This document shows, piece by piece, positions 22,825 to 36,561 of a stretch of DNA of 64,000 nt. The translations under genes and the position numbers were made by a program. Each line of letters opens with the position of its first letter. Within the stretch, counting starts at the first letter, position 1. The stretch spans positions 357,740,001-357,804,000 of the forward strand of contig OZ024740.1 in NCBI GenBank assembly GCA_964016885.1. Direction: 5' to 3'. The notes below the pieces were generated by a model. That model ran no database searches and was not told the origin of the DNA. It saw only the letters and a program-made list of their open reading frames with translations. This stretch comes from Eledone cirrhosa. Taxonomy: Eukaryota.

Positions 22825-23751
22825 ATTTATATATCTATATCCAAAATTAAGATAAATCAAAATGAATTTAATCTAAATCAAAATTATGGGAGTCATGCCA
22901 TATCACCCTCAAAATAAGCTCTAAGATTCTAATGAATAGGTCCGAGCATTTTATAACAACTAGAAATTGATTAACATATAAATAAACACATGAATAATCA
23001 CAGGAGATAATTTTTACAAGTGTGTAAGCACACATAGCTAGGTAGGTAACTAAATAAAGTTAACTAGAACTTCAAAAGATACCATATAATATGATTAATC
23101 TTCCCTGTAAATATTCCATTAAAGAAATATATTTCACCAATTAATCGAATGCCGGTACTTGGATTTTCAACAAGGAAGAAGTCCAGCGATCTATGTTTAC
23201 GCATTAAGTTCAACTATTCATTAGAATCTTAGAGCTTATTTTGCGGGTGATATGGCGCATGCCTTTCTGGCATGACTACAATAATTTTGATTTAGATTAA
23301 ATTCATTTTGATTTATTTTAATTTTGGATATAGATATATAAATACGGCTCCTTAATTGTAGAGCTAACTCTGTTGAAAGGACTTGACTGCTGTTTCTAGT
23401 TGTCGATAACCCTATCACGCCACTGGGACGAAGCTGGTATGATGTGTGTATTTCTAGTAGATACAGCACGTGTTACTGGCCAGTCGCTGATTTGAACTTA
23501 ATGCGTAAACATAGATCGTTGGACTTCTTCCTTGTTGAAAATCCAAGTACCGGCATTCGATTAATTGGTGAAATATATTTCTTTAATGGAATATATACAG
23601 GGAAGATTAATCATATTATAAGGTATCTTTTGAAGTTCTAGTTAACTTTATTTAGTTACCTACCTAGCTATGTGCTTACACACTTGTAAAAATTATCTCC
23701 TGTGATTATTCATGTGTTTATTTATATGTTAATCAATTTCTAGTTGTTATA
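22825..23751. repeat. Interleaved double inverted repeat A-B-A'-C-B'
   Basis: A 22825-22939 / A' 23214-23343; B 22952-23213 / B' 23492-23751, near-perfect reverse complements. Confidence 0.92.
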
Positions 23752-23927
23752 TATATTTATATATATATAGGATAACAAGGTATCGTTTAAGGTAATCCAG
23801 CTAGAGGTTATGAATACTCTGTGTCGAGGATAGTTTTAACATACAGCGTCGTTTGACTCAAAAGAAGTTTCCTTAGACGGGTGGCCGGTTTAACAAAGTT
23901 CCTAGGCAGGCGGTTCTTGGAGTAATA

Positions 23928-24328
23928 ATAGCAAAAGAATGAAGAATAACATGGTCATCTGTACAATAGCGTTTATTTACAGCATTAACAATTATTTCTT
24001 TAATCAGGGGAGTTTAAAAGCTGCTGATCGTTAGAAGTTACATCACTCAACCTTAATTACAGTCGATATCTATGGACCAGCTTCACACATCGCCACCACC
24101 ATCAACTGTCAGTTGACCAACCAGACACTAAATGGTTTTGAATGGATGGTGGGATCACTGGATCGAGTCATGCTCATCGTGATTTGATCGGTATGGACTG
24201 TAATTAAGGTCAAGTGACATAACTTCTAATGATCAGCGGCTTTTAGACTCACCTGATTAAAGAAACAATTGTTAATACTGTAAATAAACCCTATTGTACA
24301 GCCAACCATGTTATTCTTCATTCTTTTG

Positions 24329-24332
<4 letters not shown>
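23928..24332. mobile_element. Foldback/MITE-like element with ~140-bp imperfect arms, next to (TA)n
   Basis: ATAGCAAAAGAATGAAGAATAACATGG...TAATTACAGTC versus GACTGTAATTAAGG...CCATGTTATTCTTCATTCTTTTGCTAT. Confidence 0.85.
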
Positions 24333-24389
<57 letters not shown>

Positions 24390-24419
24390 AACTTAAATAA
24401 TTCTTTATTTATTTATTCA

Positions 24420-25322
24420 TTTTGAAAAACCTGCTGTTGATACAACTACCAATCATCTTACATCTGCTTGTCATTGGATTCTGGCTGTTGATACTTAGAG
24501 AGCAGCATGCGTGTAGCACAAGTACTTGCTTGTGCAAATATCTCCTCAAAGTCCTATGGCAATGGGGAAGCAGAGACGTATACAGACCTAACGAGTTGGA
24601 GGTATACAGTTGCAAATTTACACACAGGTGGTTTATGGCTTTTCTAATGCTTTTGCTGGTTTTCAGAGTAATAACCGGCTTGGTCAGAATCATTTGTGAC
24701 TGGGTGTCCCTTTCAATGGAGAACACAGCTCACCCAAATCTTGGGAGTGGTCTAGAAAAGGAGGCCCAAACATTCTGTTCCATCTTCAAGCTTGTCAGCT
24801 ACCTGCAGCTGATGGTTGTTCATACCAGCAGGAAAATCAAGAAGAAGAATAGTAATTTTCAGAAGAATTTTCAAAAGAATAGAATTACATTGAATGTTGC
24901 TTCTTGGAATGTTAGAACTCTTCTTGACGGAATCATCCACAAATCCTGAACGCAGAATTGCTATTGTTGGCAGAGAATTGAGCAGGTATAATATTGATAT
25001 AGCTGAACTCTCTGAAACATCTTAGTCGTGAAGGTCATCTATTAGAGTAGAGGAGTGCTGGCTATTTGTTCTTCTGGATAGGGGACAAATAGCCAGAAAG
25101 CATTGCTGATCGAATTATGCACCTGAGAATTCCTTTTTCATGGAGATGTTTCATGACTGTATGCTAATGATGCAGATTTTGTGGCTCCCACGGGGGAGGA
25201 CATGCAGTTGATATTGGACACTTACTCAAATGCATGCACTACATTTGGGCTAAATATTAGCATAAAAAAGACAAAGGCAATGTACACTCCACCAATTGGG
25301 AAAGTGTATGTGGAGCCAGACA
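24420..25322 (+). mobile_element. BovB-like RTE relic, internally deleted (5' leader + APE start fused to late RT)
   Basis: LNVASWNVRTLLD..PERRIAIVGRELSRYNIDIAELSET, then YANDA...MQLILDTYSNACTTFGLNISIKKTK. Confidence 0.75.
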
Positions 25323-25328
25323 CTTTTC

Positions 25329-27050
25329 ATCATCATCATCACCATTTTACATCCATTCTTCCACACTAGTGTGGGTTAGGTGGGTTGTCCTGTTGTGGGC
25401 AATGCCAGGTCAAGTGACCTTGTCTTGCTCATACAGGAACTGATTTTGGCTTGATTTCTACAGTTGGAGGCCCTTCCTAACACCAACCTCACTTGAAGTA
25501 GTGGATGCTTTTTTACAGTATGTTTTGGGTGTGTTTATCGTATAGGTCACCAACACTAGGGAGGCTGTCATGACCTTGACATGACTAAAGAGTCCTCCCA
25601 ATCTTTTGTTTGGCAAGCCCTCCACAGCTGGATGCCCTTCTCATCACGAACCACTTCACAGGAAGGTAGCTGCTAGGAATGTTGGGGCATAGGAGGGGCG
25701 GGGTCGGTATAGTGATGTTGAGAATAGCTGTTAGAGATTGCTAGTGGGGGGGGGGGCATGGTGGTAGGTTAGGTCACATTTTATGCTGTGGGTTGGGTCT
25801 TCTTCAGCACCACCTTGCGGTCTTAGGTAATTTCTGTTGTGAGGTTTAGTTTTTTTACGGTCGGTCTTCACTACCTCATCCCATGTCTTTCTGTATCTGC
25901 CTCTTCTGCGGGTCGCAGCCATTGGTGTTGCTCTGCATTTATTTAAGCAGCTGCTATCTTCCATGTGCATCACATGTCCATACCAACGCAGTCTTCTCTC
26001 TTGCACAGTACATCCAAATTCTCTTATGCCAAGTTTCCTGCAGTTTACTTATGCTATGTCATTCATGCACACTAACATTACACATCTATCGGATCATACT
26101 CAACTCATTTCTTTCTAGCCTCCATAGGTCTTCTGCAGTCAAGGCCCATGTTTCATTGTCATGTAACATTGCAGTTCACACGCAAGCATCATACAGTCTA
26201 CTCTTCACTCTGAGAGAAAAGCATTTTGTTGTTTGCAGTGGTAATAGATCTTTAAACTTCTTCAAGCCTGTTCTTATTCTAGGTAAAAAAGCTGTCAACA
26301 ACTTCTATGGAGCCCCCCTAGCAGCTGAGGGAATCTATTTTACGTGTGTTCTTTGTGCTTACTTCCCCTGTGCATCTGGCGCATATAAAGTCTGTTTTTT
26401 CCGTTAGTGTACCTGCAACCCCACTACATCTCTTGTGCATCTATAATTTACATTTCTGCCCACCCCTTTCTGACATATCAAACACGGCCACATTCCTGAT
26501 GGTATCACCTTCCTGTCTTCTTTCCTACTTAATGAGACTTTTGTCTTAGCTAAATTTACTTTTAGGCCTTTAAGCTTTAGGTTCTCCTTCCATGCTTGAA
26601 ATTTTGTTTCTATCCCTCCTACAGATTCAGCTATAAGGACTAGGTCATCGTCATATAGGAGCTCCCATGGAGTGCCAGTTTTAATATATATGTGTGTGTA
26701 TGTATATACATATGTTATATTATGTGACAAGTCAGGTCCAGAGACCACGTCTTGTTCATACGGATCTGTATTTTGGATTGGTTTCTATGGCTGGATGCCC
26801 TCCCTAACACTAATCACGTTATAGTGTGGGCTCGGTGCTTGTTATCATGGCACCAAAATGACAACTTTACAGGGTGAATTGGGCAATTTTTATTGTGTTG
26901 CCAACACAACCTTTTTACAATGTGGACTGGGTGCTTTTGTTGTGTCAGATCAGTATACAGGGTTGACTTTGTGCTTTTTGTCATGGCACAGCATTGTGGG
27001 AGGTCAGATGTTAAACGTGTCTAGCTTTCATGAGCTGGGAGAGAGGGAGC
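25329..27050 (-). mobile_element. Older RTE copy plus 3'UTR fragments
   Basis: ORFs 25731..26006 (RLRWYGHV) and 26404..26748 (PWELLYDDDL, WPCLICQKG); (GAT)n tail. Confidence 0.8.
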
Positions 27051-27473
27051 AGGTAAGTGATTTTTGACATTGATAATTTGTGTAGGATATTGACGTGTGA
27101 TCAGACTATCAGAACCCCACCCTTCCGTTAAATAAGGTACACAATATGTTAGTAGAGAAGTTCTAGACCTGTAGAATTCATTTGTATATGAAATAAACAC
27201 ACACACACACACATATTTCATATATATATGACTAGAATGTTTTGTAGAGGAGATCTAATGAGACAGAAACATGTCTGTTGCTTTCAACTATTGACTTTAA
27301 AAACCAGATCCACTCTAATCTACAGAGTTTGTATTGTCTGAAAATTTTGATCAACTTATTGCTATTTCTGACTGGCTATTTTACATACAAGATCTTATTG
27401 TAGTTGTATTTAGTATACAGAATGTTCTCTCAGCCATATTGTTATTTTATTTTTTCTTAAGGACTACTGAAGC

Positions 27474-27492
27474 ATGAAACACAAAAAACTAA
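27474..27492 (+). CDS. MAP2K6: Tentative first coding exon of the MKK3/6 gene (exon 27462-27492; MKHKKL+A)
   Basis: Acceptor TTTTTCTTAAG|, in-frame TGA before the ATG, donor AA|GTTAGG (weak). Phase 1 joins the 36562 exon to give MKHKKLRPPGITLP, a basic+hydrophobic MAPK docking motif. Confidence 0.4.
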
Positions 27493-28277
27493 GTTAGGTG
27501 TACTAAATAAAAGTAGCAGCAACAGCAGCAGCCCCAACCAATGTTGCTTAAAGTAGTTTGTAAATTTCAATGGGTTAGTGAGTATGCAGCAAAATTAGCT
27601 GGACTGAAGAGAATTAAAAAAAAAGTATAGTAGTAGTCATAGAAAAAGATATATAACTGAAATAAAATTTGTGTAAAGAGTGAAAATAGTCAAGAAATTA
27701 TATTGAAAAGAGATAGAAAGTTGCAAACGCGAGTCCACAAGGTTTTGAATAACCAGCTAAAGGGTTGATATCTTGTACCCTATCACTTGTATTTTGTCCA
27801 TTGTAAATACATTTGTTATATTTGGGGAGGGTCATGCTGCTCTAATATTGCCTGAAAAATATAGTACAACACACTCACTGTTTGATTGTCGTTTCAGTAT
27901 ATTTTTATATTTCTATAAATAATTTAGCTGGCAATCCATGTTTATCATTGATTGACCAACAGTTAAAAAATATAAATATAGTATCTCAGAGTTCTTTCGT
28001 CACACATATCCGTGACATCATCAGTGATGTTGCTATGTTTCCTCCTGTTCAATACACAATTTCATATCAAAAACCTTGCAAAATAAATAAATTTAATTTT
28101 CACTTACTTAGTTCACCTATCTTTGAGAAAATATCATAGGATGAATGGGATCGTTGCTGTAAGATTGTTGTACTAAAATTAAACTCAACTCTTGTATTTC
28201 TTGTACAAGGACAATTATCTCCAAACTGATTTTCCTACTTACTTTTACTTCTACACTGCATGAAGATGAATTTTTAA

Positions 28278-28499
28278 TCCTTTAGCATTTAAACTGGCCA
28301 TATCCGGCCAGAATTCTCTCACCTCTTTCTGTTCAAAACGGTTGTAACCTGCTGCTCATATAGATGTTAAGGTATTGTTCTAAAAAATAAATAACATCAA
28401 AATCTCATAACTTCGATATTATGCGAGATAATTATGGGAGGTAAAGCCTTTACCGTGAAAATACAGTAGTAAATATAAAGTAATGTAAATGTTAAAGGG
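28278..28499. mobile_element. TTAA-target (piggyBac-type) MITE family 1
   Basis: (C/T)CCTTTAGCATTTA...TAAATG(C/T)TAAAGGG termini, TTAA/TTAG flanks; five copies in the window. Confidence 0.75.
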
Positions 28500-29949
28500 T
28501 TAGATAGTATCTCTATGATTCCAGTAAGAAAGAGCCCTCACTCATCCCAAAGAAAGATTTGATGAATTTGGAACTTTTTTATTAACTGCAGTGTATTATT
28601 GTCTTTGTTAAACCTGGTAACCATTTGCCAAATGCATTAGCTTGTAGGGCTAAATGCTTTACATCAATTAGTGATTTAAAATTCTTCTATAGCTTACTTA
28701 GTATTTCATCATTCTCAGTTAGATATACTAGTTACCAGCAGTATACTAGGATCAACTGAATCAACAATACAATCTCTGTTTAGAAACATGGTATTTCTGT
28801 TTAGTGAAATAAATAAATCATTACTAAACAGCTGTAGTCAATTCTTAACAAGCCTTCAGCATAATGATAAGCCATGTTTCTTTTAAATCTGATCTTGGAC
28901 TACACTGCAGTCATGTTCTGTGCTGTATTCTGATCAGAGTCTGGACATATTGTTTCTAGGTTACTGAACATCCTGAGTATATTTGAAGGTTTTTGATAGT
29001 GGTTGCAGTGCGGGACATAACATAGTTTTACTTTGAATGTGCAAATGTGATTTTGTAATTATCTGTCTTGAATGAGATAAGTGTGTTTTGATTATGCAAC
29101 TTTTTTACTATTGTTCTGGTTTATTTATAATTTGATATGTAGGGATGCATAGATTGAAATAGGTGGTTATGATATAACGTATATGTGACTTCAAAGGTCA
29201 GTGAAGCAATAAAGATGGGTGGTTTGCTGTTTGCAAGCTCAGAGGTGGTTGTAGTTGCAGTTGAAGAGACAGGTGGAAGAAACAAGTTGTTGTGATTGTA
29301 GCATTTTGGTATCTGTCAAATAACTTTCTTTTTGATGCAGTTTACAATATTTATATATAACAACTGCATTGTCCCAGATATGTGAGTAGTACTGCGATGC
29401 AGGTCACACTTGAATTTAATTGTCCAGCAGTTGACCAGAGCTGAAATATTTTCACATCCCTACTGGGAGTGGAATATTGACGAGTTTGATGGAGGTTAAA
29501 AGCTAGGTCTGTTTGAAGGTAAAGAAAGGGACCCAACCAGAACTTATTGCCTTGTTGAGCTGGTCTGATTGTTGATATTTCTTGCACTTGGCGAATGTCT
29601 ACACATAATGGTGAGATAAAAGCGGAAATATAGTTTGAAAATCGTTTTATTGTGTGTGTTTGTGTGAGTTAAAAGTGAAATGGGCACTAAATGCAGGTGC
29701 TTTGTTTGTAGATGTAAAAGAATTCTAGTGAGGGTTTTGTGTTGGCAGATAGTCATACAAGTAGTTTAAACAGTGGAATAGATTTTATGTGATGGAGAAA
29801 AAAGTCTAATATTTTGAGCAGAATAAATAAATTGGAAAAATAAATAAATTGGAATTAGGGAAAGAGGCAACTGCAAGATACGTTCTTGTAGATGAACTTA
29901 TTTATCATTACTGATATGACTTGAGTTCATCAACTGTTTGGGGTTTTTC

Positions 29950-32900
29950 AACAGAGTGTATCAGGCCCTCTCTTGCTTTACAGTAGCATCCTCTCACAGT
30001 TCAGCCCTTTTAATCTAAAGCCACCTGGTGGCTTTCTCAAATTTAATGACCTTCTTTGCTACCCTTGTAAAATCCAATAAGTTGAGAACCTTGTTGAGTG
30101 TGCATCCTACAAAGCCTCTACAGCTTACTTCAAAATGCTCACAGTGCGTCTACCACTCTCTGCCCTGGTACTTTGTGCATTTCCTTTCACTGACTTTCAC
30201 TATTAGTTCCAGCATGATCAGTTTTTGTTTTTTGTTTCAAATGTGATGATCATGACTAATTGAGGTAACAAAGGTATAATGCACTGGAAACTTAAACTGC
30301 TTGCCCAGATTGCTCTGCAGCTACTAGTCAGAGGCTATGTAGAAGAGACCTTGTTCTTGGTTGTAAATAGGGTTTCTCTTCACCTTTGACAATGGTAATT
30401 GATTGCTCTTGTAGTGTTTGCTGGTGCCAGTGGCAGTGCCTCTACTTCAGCGACTGCCTTAAGCACCTAATCATGTTGCCAATGATAGTGGCCCTTTCTG
30501 AGAGTCATTGGACAGGCAGCTGTTGAGATGTTCTACATATCCTTTTCCAGACTAGAGTGGGTAGAGGGTTTGGTAGGACATTGTTGACTGCCTGAAAAAG
30601 GGATACTCTCCCACTTTATCCATGCTCTTGCTACCCAAGTCCTATTGTCCTGATTGTTTGCTTTTCCTGTACGCCTGATTGTACCTCTTCTTAGATAATA
30701 TGGTATCATTCCTTATTATCCAGCTTGAATTGTTGGGAAGTATCCCAAACTTGCATTGCCAGTTAGCATGATACTTACAGGTATTTTGCCTTAAGAAGGA
30801 CTCTGCTACTTGCACACTCCTCTCCTCTCTCTAATCCCTACTTGTCCTCAACATATTTACAGCTTACAACCACTACTGGTCCTTGAAGTCTCTGTACCAG
30901 TTGCTGAAAAGTTCCTGGCTTTGAGTAAAAGAAAGTATAGGAAGATCAGTTAATTGTGATTTTCTTCAACATATTCCCCTCTCAGATTCACGCACTTATT
31001 GCGGCGGTCCTACCTCCCCTGTAAAGGTAACATCTCTATCCTTTTGTGATACCCTTAAGCCAGGAACTTTTCAGCATCCCAGCACTGCAGGATGTCTCTT
31101 GTTTATGCTACTGTAAACTCTTCAGTGAGGCCATGGAATGGGAGCTGCACGATATTACTTGCCGTATACACTGCTGCCACTTGTGGAGAAAGCAGCTGTT
31201 CTCCTTTTCAAGGGATTCCACTGTTATTAAAGGAACTGTGTAGACCAACAGAGATCACAAGACTCAGAGCAGGATAACATGTTGGTATATCAAGGCCTTG
31301 AATCTGCCAGACAGGCTTGATTTGTCAATCTTAGTAAGCCAGGCATCAAGGCCTTTATTGAACTCTTGAAGGGAAGCAGAATCTTCCCTAGACTCATAAC
31401 CAGTTCTGAAATGAGAGGGATGGCAATTACGGATATCTAAAATTGGAATTTGTTAACAACCTTCCCTTAAGTGCTATATAGCTTGACTTTTAGGCTTGAA
31501 ACTCATCTCTGCCCAGGTGATCAGTTTCTCAATATCTTGTAGTATCTACCCATTTTCTAGGATTGATGATGTTGTGATTGCCAGGTCATCCACGAATGCT
31601 CTTATCAGAGGCTATTGTACACCTGACTTGGATCAAGAGCCTCTGTATTGCACCTAGGCTGACTTGACTCCCATATTTATGGCAAGAGCATAAAGAATTA
31701 TAGAGATGGTACAACCTATTATTATTCCTTTCCCAAGTTAATGTTAGTGAGGTGTTTCTGACCCAGAAGTAACCATCAACCTAAAATTATTGTAGTAATT
31801 AAGGATCAGGTCCTTGATTTTGCTGGGACCATGGTGGCAATGCAGTACAAACTCACTTAATTTATGTGGTATGGATCAATAGACATTTGCTAGATCCAAC
31901 CACAACTAGGCCGCCTTTGTTCTCATGAGTTTTTTCTGACAACTACATCATATTGCTCCACCAATTAACCAGGAATCCCATCCTTCTGCACCGAAGAGTT
32001 TGATGTAGCTCTTTCTGAGAAAAAGAGCTTAGTCTTTGGGGCACAAATGCTGAAATATGCTTTTTCCTTCTACACTTAGCAGTGAGTTTAACCAGAATTG
32101 ATGGATGTTCTTTGAGGATCCAAACTCTATCGGTACACAGTCACTGGTCAGCATCTCTTCTGCTGCATCACCTTCAATATCTTCCATAGGCATCTTAGGA
32201 ACTCTGAGTAGTGCTTTTAAACTATATACACTTCACTACTGAGGTATAGGGCAGAAGCAAAACTTGCTAAATGCTACATTCATGGCACCCTCAACTTTCT
32301 TCAGGCTTGTTTCTCTCAGATTGAACTTTCTTGGGTAGTGGGTGTGCCTGGATTGATGAGAGTATTATTGAGTTAAAGTTTCTGCTTTCTCATTAGTGTC
32401 ATGGAGAAAATGATTTACCTCCATTGTAGAGTCATGATGACCACTGCACCTCTCCCTGTAAAGCCAAATGGATTTGCAACAAATGTAGTTTATCACTTGG
32501 CACAGTGTTTTTCCCCCTTTTTCTGCCACTTTGCTCTATGAATAAACCTTTTCCTGGGAATGTTTCACAGGTTATCAATAGACGCTTCTCTGTTTCAGAA
32601 GATGCCTCGCATTTCTTTTTTTATGAGGTTGCAAAGCTCTTTTAAGAGTTGGTGTAGTTTTGGTGGCCCTCCTGTTCCTGGTGTATATATAAGGTTTCAT
32701 GTTATGTTTCTCAACAAGGCCACACCTCTCAAAAGTGTAAGTGATAGCTAACGGCAGTCATTATATCTACATCTTCTTTACCTATGATTTGAAAGATGTA
32801 AGCTATATCCTTGTCAAACTGCAGTCATTCACTCCAGTTACTGGTTGGCGATCACTTCCTGTTACTGATAAACTAATCTGCAGAGGTTAGGGGACCATGA

Positions 32901-33180
32901 TGTGTGGAGGGATTTAGGCTCTGTGATATGTCGCTGGGCTTCTGTGTGACTATGCTCACTTGCAGCAATCATTTAATTTGAGTCTAACAGGTTTTAAGGC
33001 CTTTTTGATTCCTGTACAATTTATTGCACATGTATCTTGTGGAAGTCTCACCCTCCCTCTCCCCTTTCAGGATCTCCTTGTGGTATTTTCTTAATGGCCT
33101 TTCAGTAGATGGGGTTTCTTTCCCATGAAAGACACAGACTAGGGTGGTAACTGTGCCATGTTTCCCGCTGTCAATTATCT
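29950..33180 (-). mobile_element. Heavily decayed Hero-like (R2 superfamily, RLE) non-LTR retrotransposon
   Basis: Manual minus-strand translation: WLDLANVY*SIPHK (~31900), GCTIS, PLIRAFVDDLAITT (~31600), WAEMSFKP, LGKQFKFP (~30300), EKATRWL*IKR (~30030). Confidence 0.8.
30895..31085. mobile_element. mariner-type MITE nested in the Hero relic
   Basis: TIRs TGCTGAAAAGTTCCTGGCTT / AAGCCAGGAACTTTTCAGCA. Confidence 0.75.
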
Positions 33181-34109
33181 GACATTATAACAGTGAAAAA
33201 TAAGGGAAGTGGGTAGCTGGATAAGTGTAAAGTGTTAATGAAAGTAAGCAATCCTTAGGTGTTCCTTTTACATTCTCTTCCCTCTATCCCTTCACTATTA
33301 TAATAATGTTTTCTCACTGTCAATTATCAAAATTTATTTATCTTGCAACATTTCATCTCTCTCCAACAAAAGATTCTACTTGAAAAAGTAGACTTTTCTT
33401 TCTGACAGCATAAACTGTATTCCATTTTTTGAACTGTTTAGAAAGTTGGCAGGTAGTAGGATACTGGAAAGTTAGTAGGGAAGCTTGTGTTAAGAGACCA
33501 GAAGGCTTGGTTTCAGTTTGGGAGGTAGGAGAGCTTGCAATTTGTATGATGCATGAATGCACCCTGCAGGTGCTGTGATGGAGGCTAAACACTAACCAGT
33601 TAGTGATGGTGGATGACTCCCATTTGAGTGTTGTAAGCAGTATTCATCACTTGTACAACCATGAGTGAACCACCTGGAAATTTTGGAGGTTGTCAGCTGT
33701 TATTTGTATGAGGTGTGTCAATCAATATATCAATAATATGGGCTGGTCACTTACCCAGCTATGTCAGTTGGGGCCAGAAGTTATTTACATTTACTGCCAA
33801 CAGCATCCAGCATAGAACTGGTGGAACTCTAGTTAATGATTTCAAGTATCAGATGGCATGTCCAGTAAGTTGATGTAGAAGTAGGTCAGATAGGAGCAGA
33901 GTAGCATCTGGATTTGGAGGTAAGAAAGTGGTCAAGTATTGGTGTACTGGTCAGTGAGACTTGTATGTAAGAATACTAACTAGTGCAGCCAGCTCAGAAT
34001 AGCCATTGGTTTTGTCTCATGTTATCAGCATTAGTGTCAGCCCTTTTAATACCAAACTGCATCTGGTTCTATGAAACAAAATTGCCTATTTTAAAGGGAT
34101 CCTACTTAA

Positions 34110-34303
34110 CCCTTTAGGATTTACACCACTCTATATATGCTATTGTATTTTCGCAGTAAAGGTTTATCTCATATAATTATCTCATATAATATTGAATCTA
34201 TGAGATTTTGATATTATTTATTTACATCAGTATGAATGGCCAGTTTGAAGAGAAAGAGGTAAGAGAATTCTGGCCAGATACAGCTGGTTTAAATGCTAAA
34301 GGG
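34110..34303. mobile_element. TTAA-target MITE family 1
   Basis: TTAA-CCCTTTAG...CTAAAGGG-TTAA. Confidence 0.85.
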
Positions 34304-34866
34304 TTAAATTAAAATTTTCAAACAATGTGATATAAGAAACATTTGTTATTACAAATACTATCTTAATATTGGAATATTTTATAATTTTAGTAGACCCCCT
34401 TGAAATTCTTCAATAATTAATTCAAATACAGTGTATCTCATTAAAAATATGGTTTTGAAAAGGTTAAGTCACTATGGGCAAGGATTCCAGAGAGAGGTGA
34501 CTTGAGATAAATGTTCTCAATGCAGCACAAGAGTAGTGAAACAACTGCTGGTGGTTGAAGTTTGAAGTGCAATAGAAACAACTGATTATGTTAATAGTGT
34601 GGAGGTGAAAGACTTTAAACTAAAGTAACTGGAAGCCTTGTTGCTGATGTCCTGGTAAGAGGAATTTGTGGTAGGGAGAGTGTATTTTATGTAAATGCAT
34701 ACACTGCTTTTATGAAGAAATGTTAATATAACAGTAGAAGCAGGTTAGAGAGAGGATGAGACTTATGACTTATACTAGAATTAAGAATGTTAGGGTGAGA
34801 ACAACTTTCATGAATGCTCAGCTGTACATGAAACTCTTCATTGAAATCAATGAACCTTTATATTAA

Positions 34867-35086
34867 CCCTTTAGCATTTAAACCGGCTGTATCCGACCAG
34901 TTCTTTTACATCTCTTTCTGTCAAACCAGTTGTAACTGGCCGCTCATGCTGATGTTAAAATAAGGTGTTCAAAATAGATAACATCAAAATCTCATAGATT
35001 CGATATCATGTGAGATAATTATATAAGGGAAACCCTTTACCGTTAAAATATAATAGTAAATATAAAGTAATGTAAATACTAAAGGG
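34867..35086. mobile_element. TTAA-target MITE family 1
   Basis: TTAA-CCCTTTAGCATTTA...TAAATACTAAAGGG-TTAA. Confidence 0.85.
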
Positions 35087-35559
35087 TTAAACTGAACAAC
35101 TCTCATGAGACATTCGTCTTCACCTGGTTTTGGCATCATTTATCTGACTTTGGATTGTATTTCCTTTATATTAGCAACCATTATATCAGTTTAGACACTA
35201 ACACATGACAATTTTCTAGAATTCTATGTATCAACCCATTTGTTAGCATGTTTCTAATGAAAAACACTGCTAATGATTTTCAAGTAATTTGAAAATAATT
35301 AGAAATTTCATCATTATTAAACTGGTGTTTAGAACAATTTAACAAAGGTTCTTACATAAAATTATGACAAAAGGTGTTTAGATAAATATAAACACCATAA
35401 AACAGTTTAATATCGTTGAGATAGGGGCAGTTTGGTATCAAAAGAGTTAATAAGGATTTCTACTAGCACATTTTGAAGATAGAAACAGTTGATTAAGTTG
35501 GTCAGTATATTACTTATTTTATTGTAAAGTGAAAAACTATGTGAAAGATAATGAGGGAA

Positions 35560-36045
35560 CCAACCATTAAACTTGACAGCAGAGTGATATACAAAGTAAT
35601 TAAGGATATGAAACTAGGGAATGCAGTTGGACCATCTGGTGTAGTTTCCAAGATGTTAAAACATCCTGTATGAGCTAGTTAGATGCATAATTATTCAAGT
35701 ATTACAGGATAGTGTCGTACCCAATGATTAGTGCAGCAGTATCATTGTAAACTGCTACAAGAGTAAAGGAGTTGCACACTCAAGAGAGTTAACTACAGAG
35801 GCATTTAGTAGGTGAACTAGGTCACAAAATTTACTGAAAGTGTTATAGCACAACTAATGAGAGTCTTGAGTTGAGTTAAATGAAATGCAGTGAGGCTTTA
35901 TGCCAGGTAGGGGTAATACTGATGCTCTGTTTCTGGTGAGACAATTGCAGGAGAACAACTTAGCTAAAAGTAAGCCACTCTACCAGGCATTTGTGAATCT
36001 GGAGAAGGCCGTTGATGGAGCCTGCTCCCTTACTCTAATCTGATC
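35560..36045 (+). mobile_element. Decayed RTE RT fragment
   Basis: Remnants of IVNCYK.KG, NYRGI, LFLVRQLQE, AFVNLEKA. Confidence 0.75.
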
Positions 36046-36561
36046 CTTATATAGATATAGAGTAAGAAAAAAAAAAAAAAAAGAGAGGGAAAGGGAGGAA
36101 GAATTAGTGACTTGATATATATGTATATATATATATATATATATATTCACATTATTATTCTGCTGAATATTGTCTATCCTCTTCTCTCAGTGTTGGTTTC
36201 TGTAAAATTTTGTTTAACATCTAGTGTTCATTCTGATGTATGAAAGTTTATGTATTAAATACTTTAAAATCCTAATGAAAGACGGCCTATGGTTTTCAAA
36301 TAATTTTGAAAATAATCAAGCATTTGAAGATAACTTATTATTAAGCTGTTGTTTGGAATATAACATAACAAAGGGCCATACGTAAAATTATGCTGGAAGG
36401 TTTGTAAATATATATATATATAAATGCTTTAAAATATATTTTTTTAATCATACAACCAAATTGCACATAAACACACTATTTCAGCTATTCTTTTATTTTT
36501 TTTTGTAATATAAAGTACTCTTTGATTCTTTTCTAAACAGATATTTTAATTTTATTTGCAG

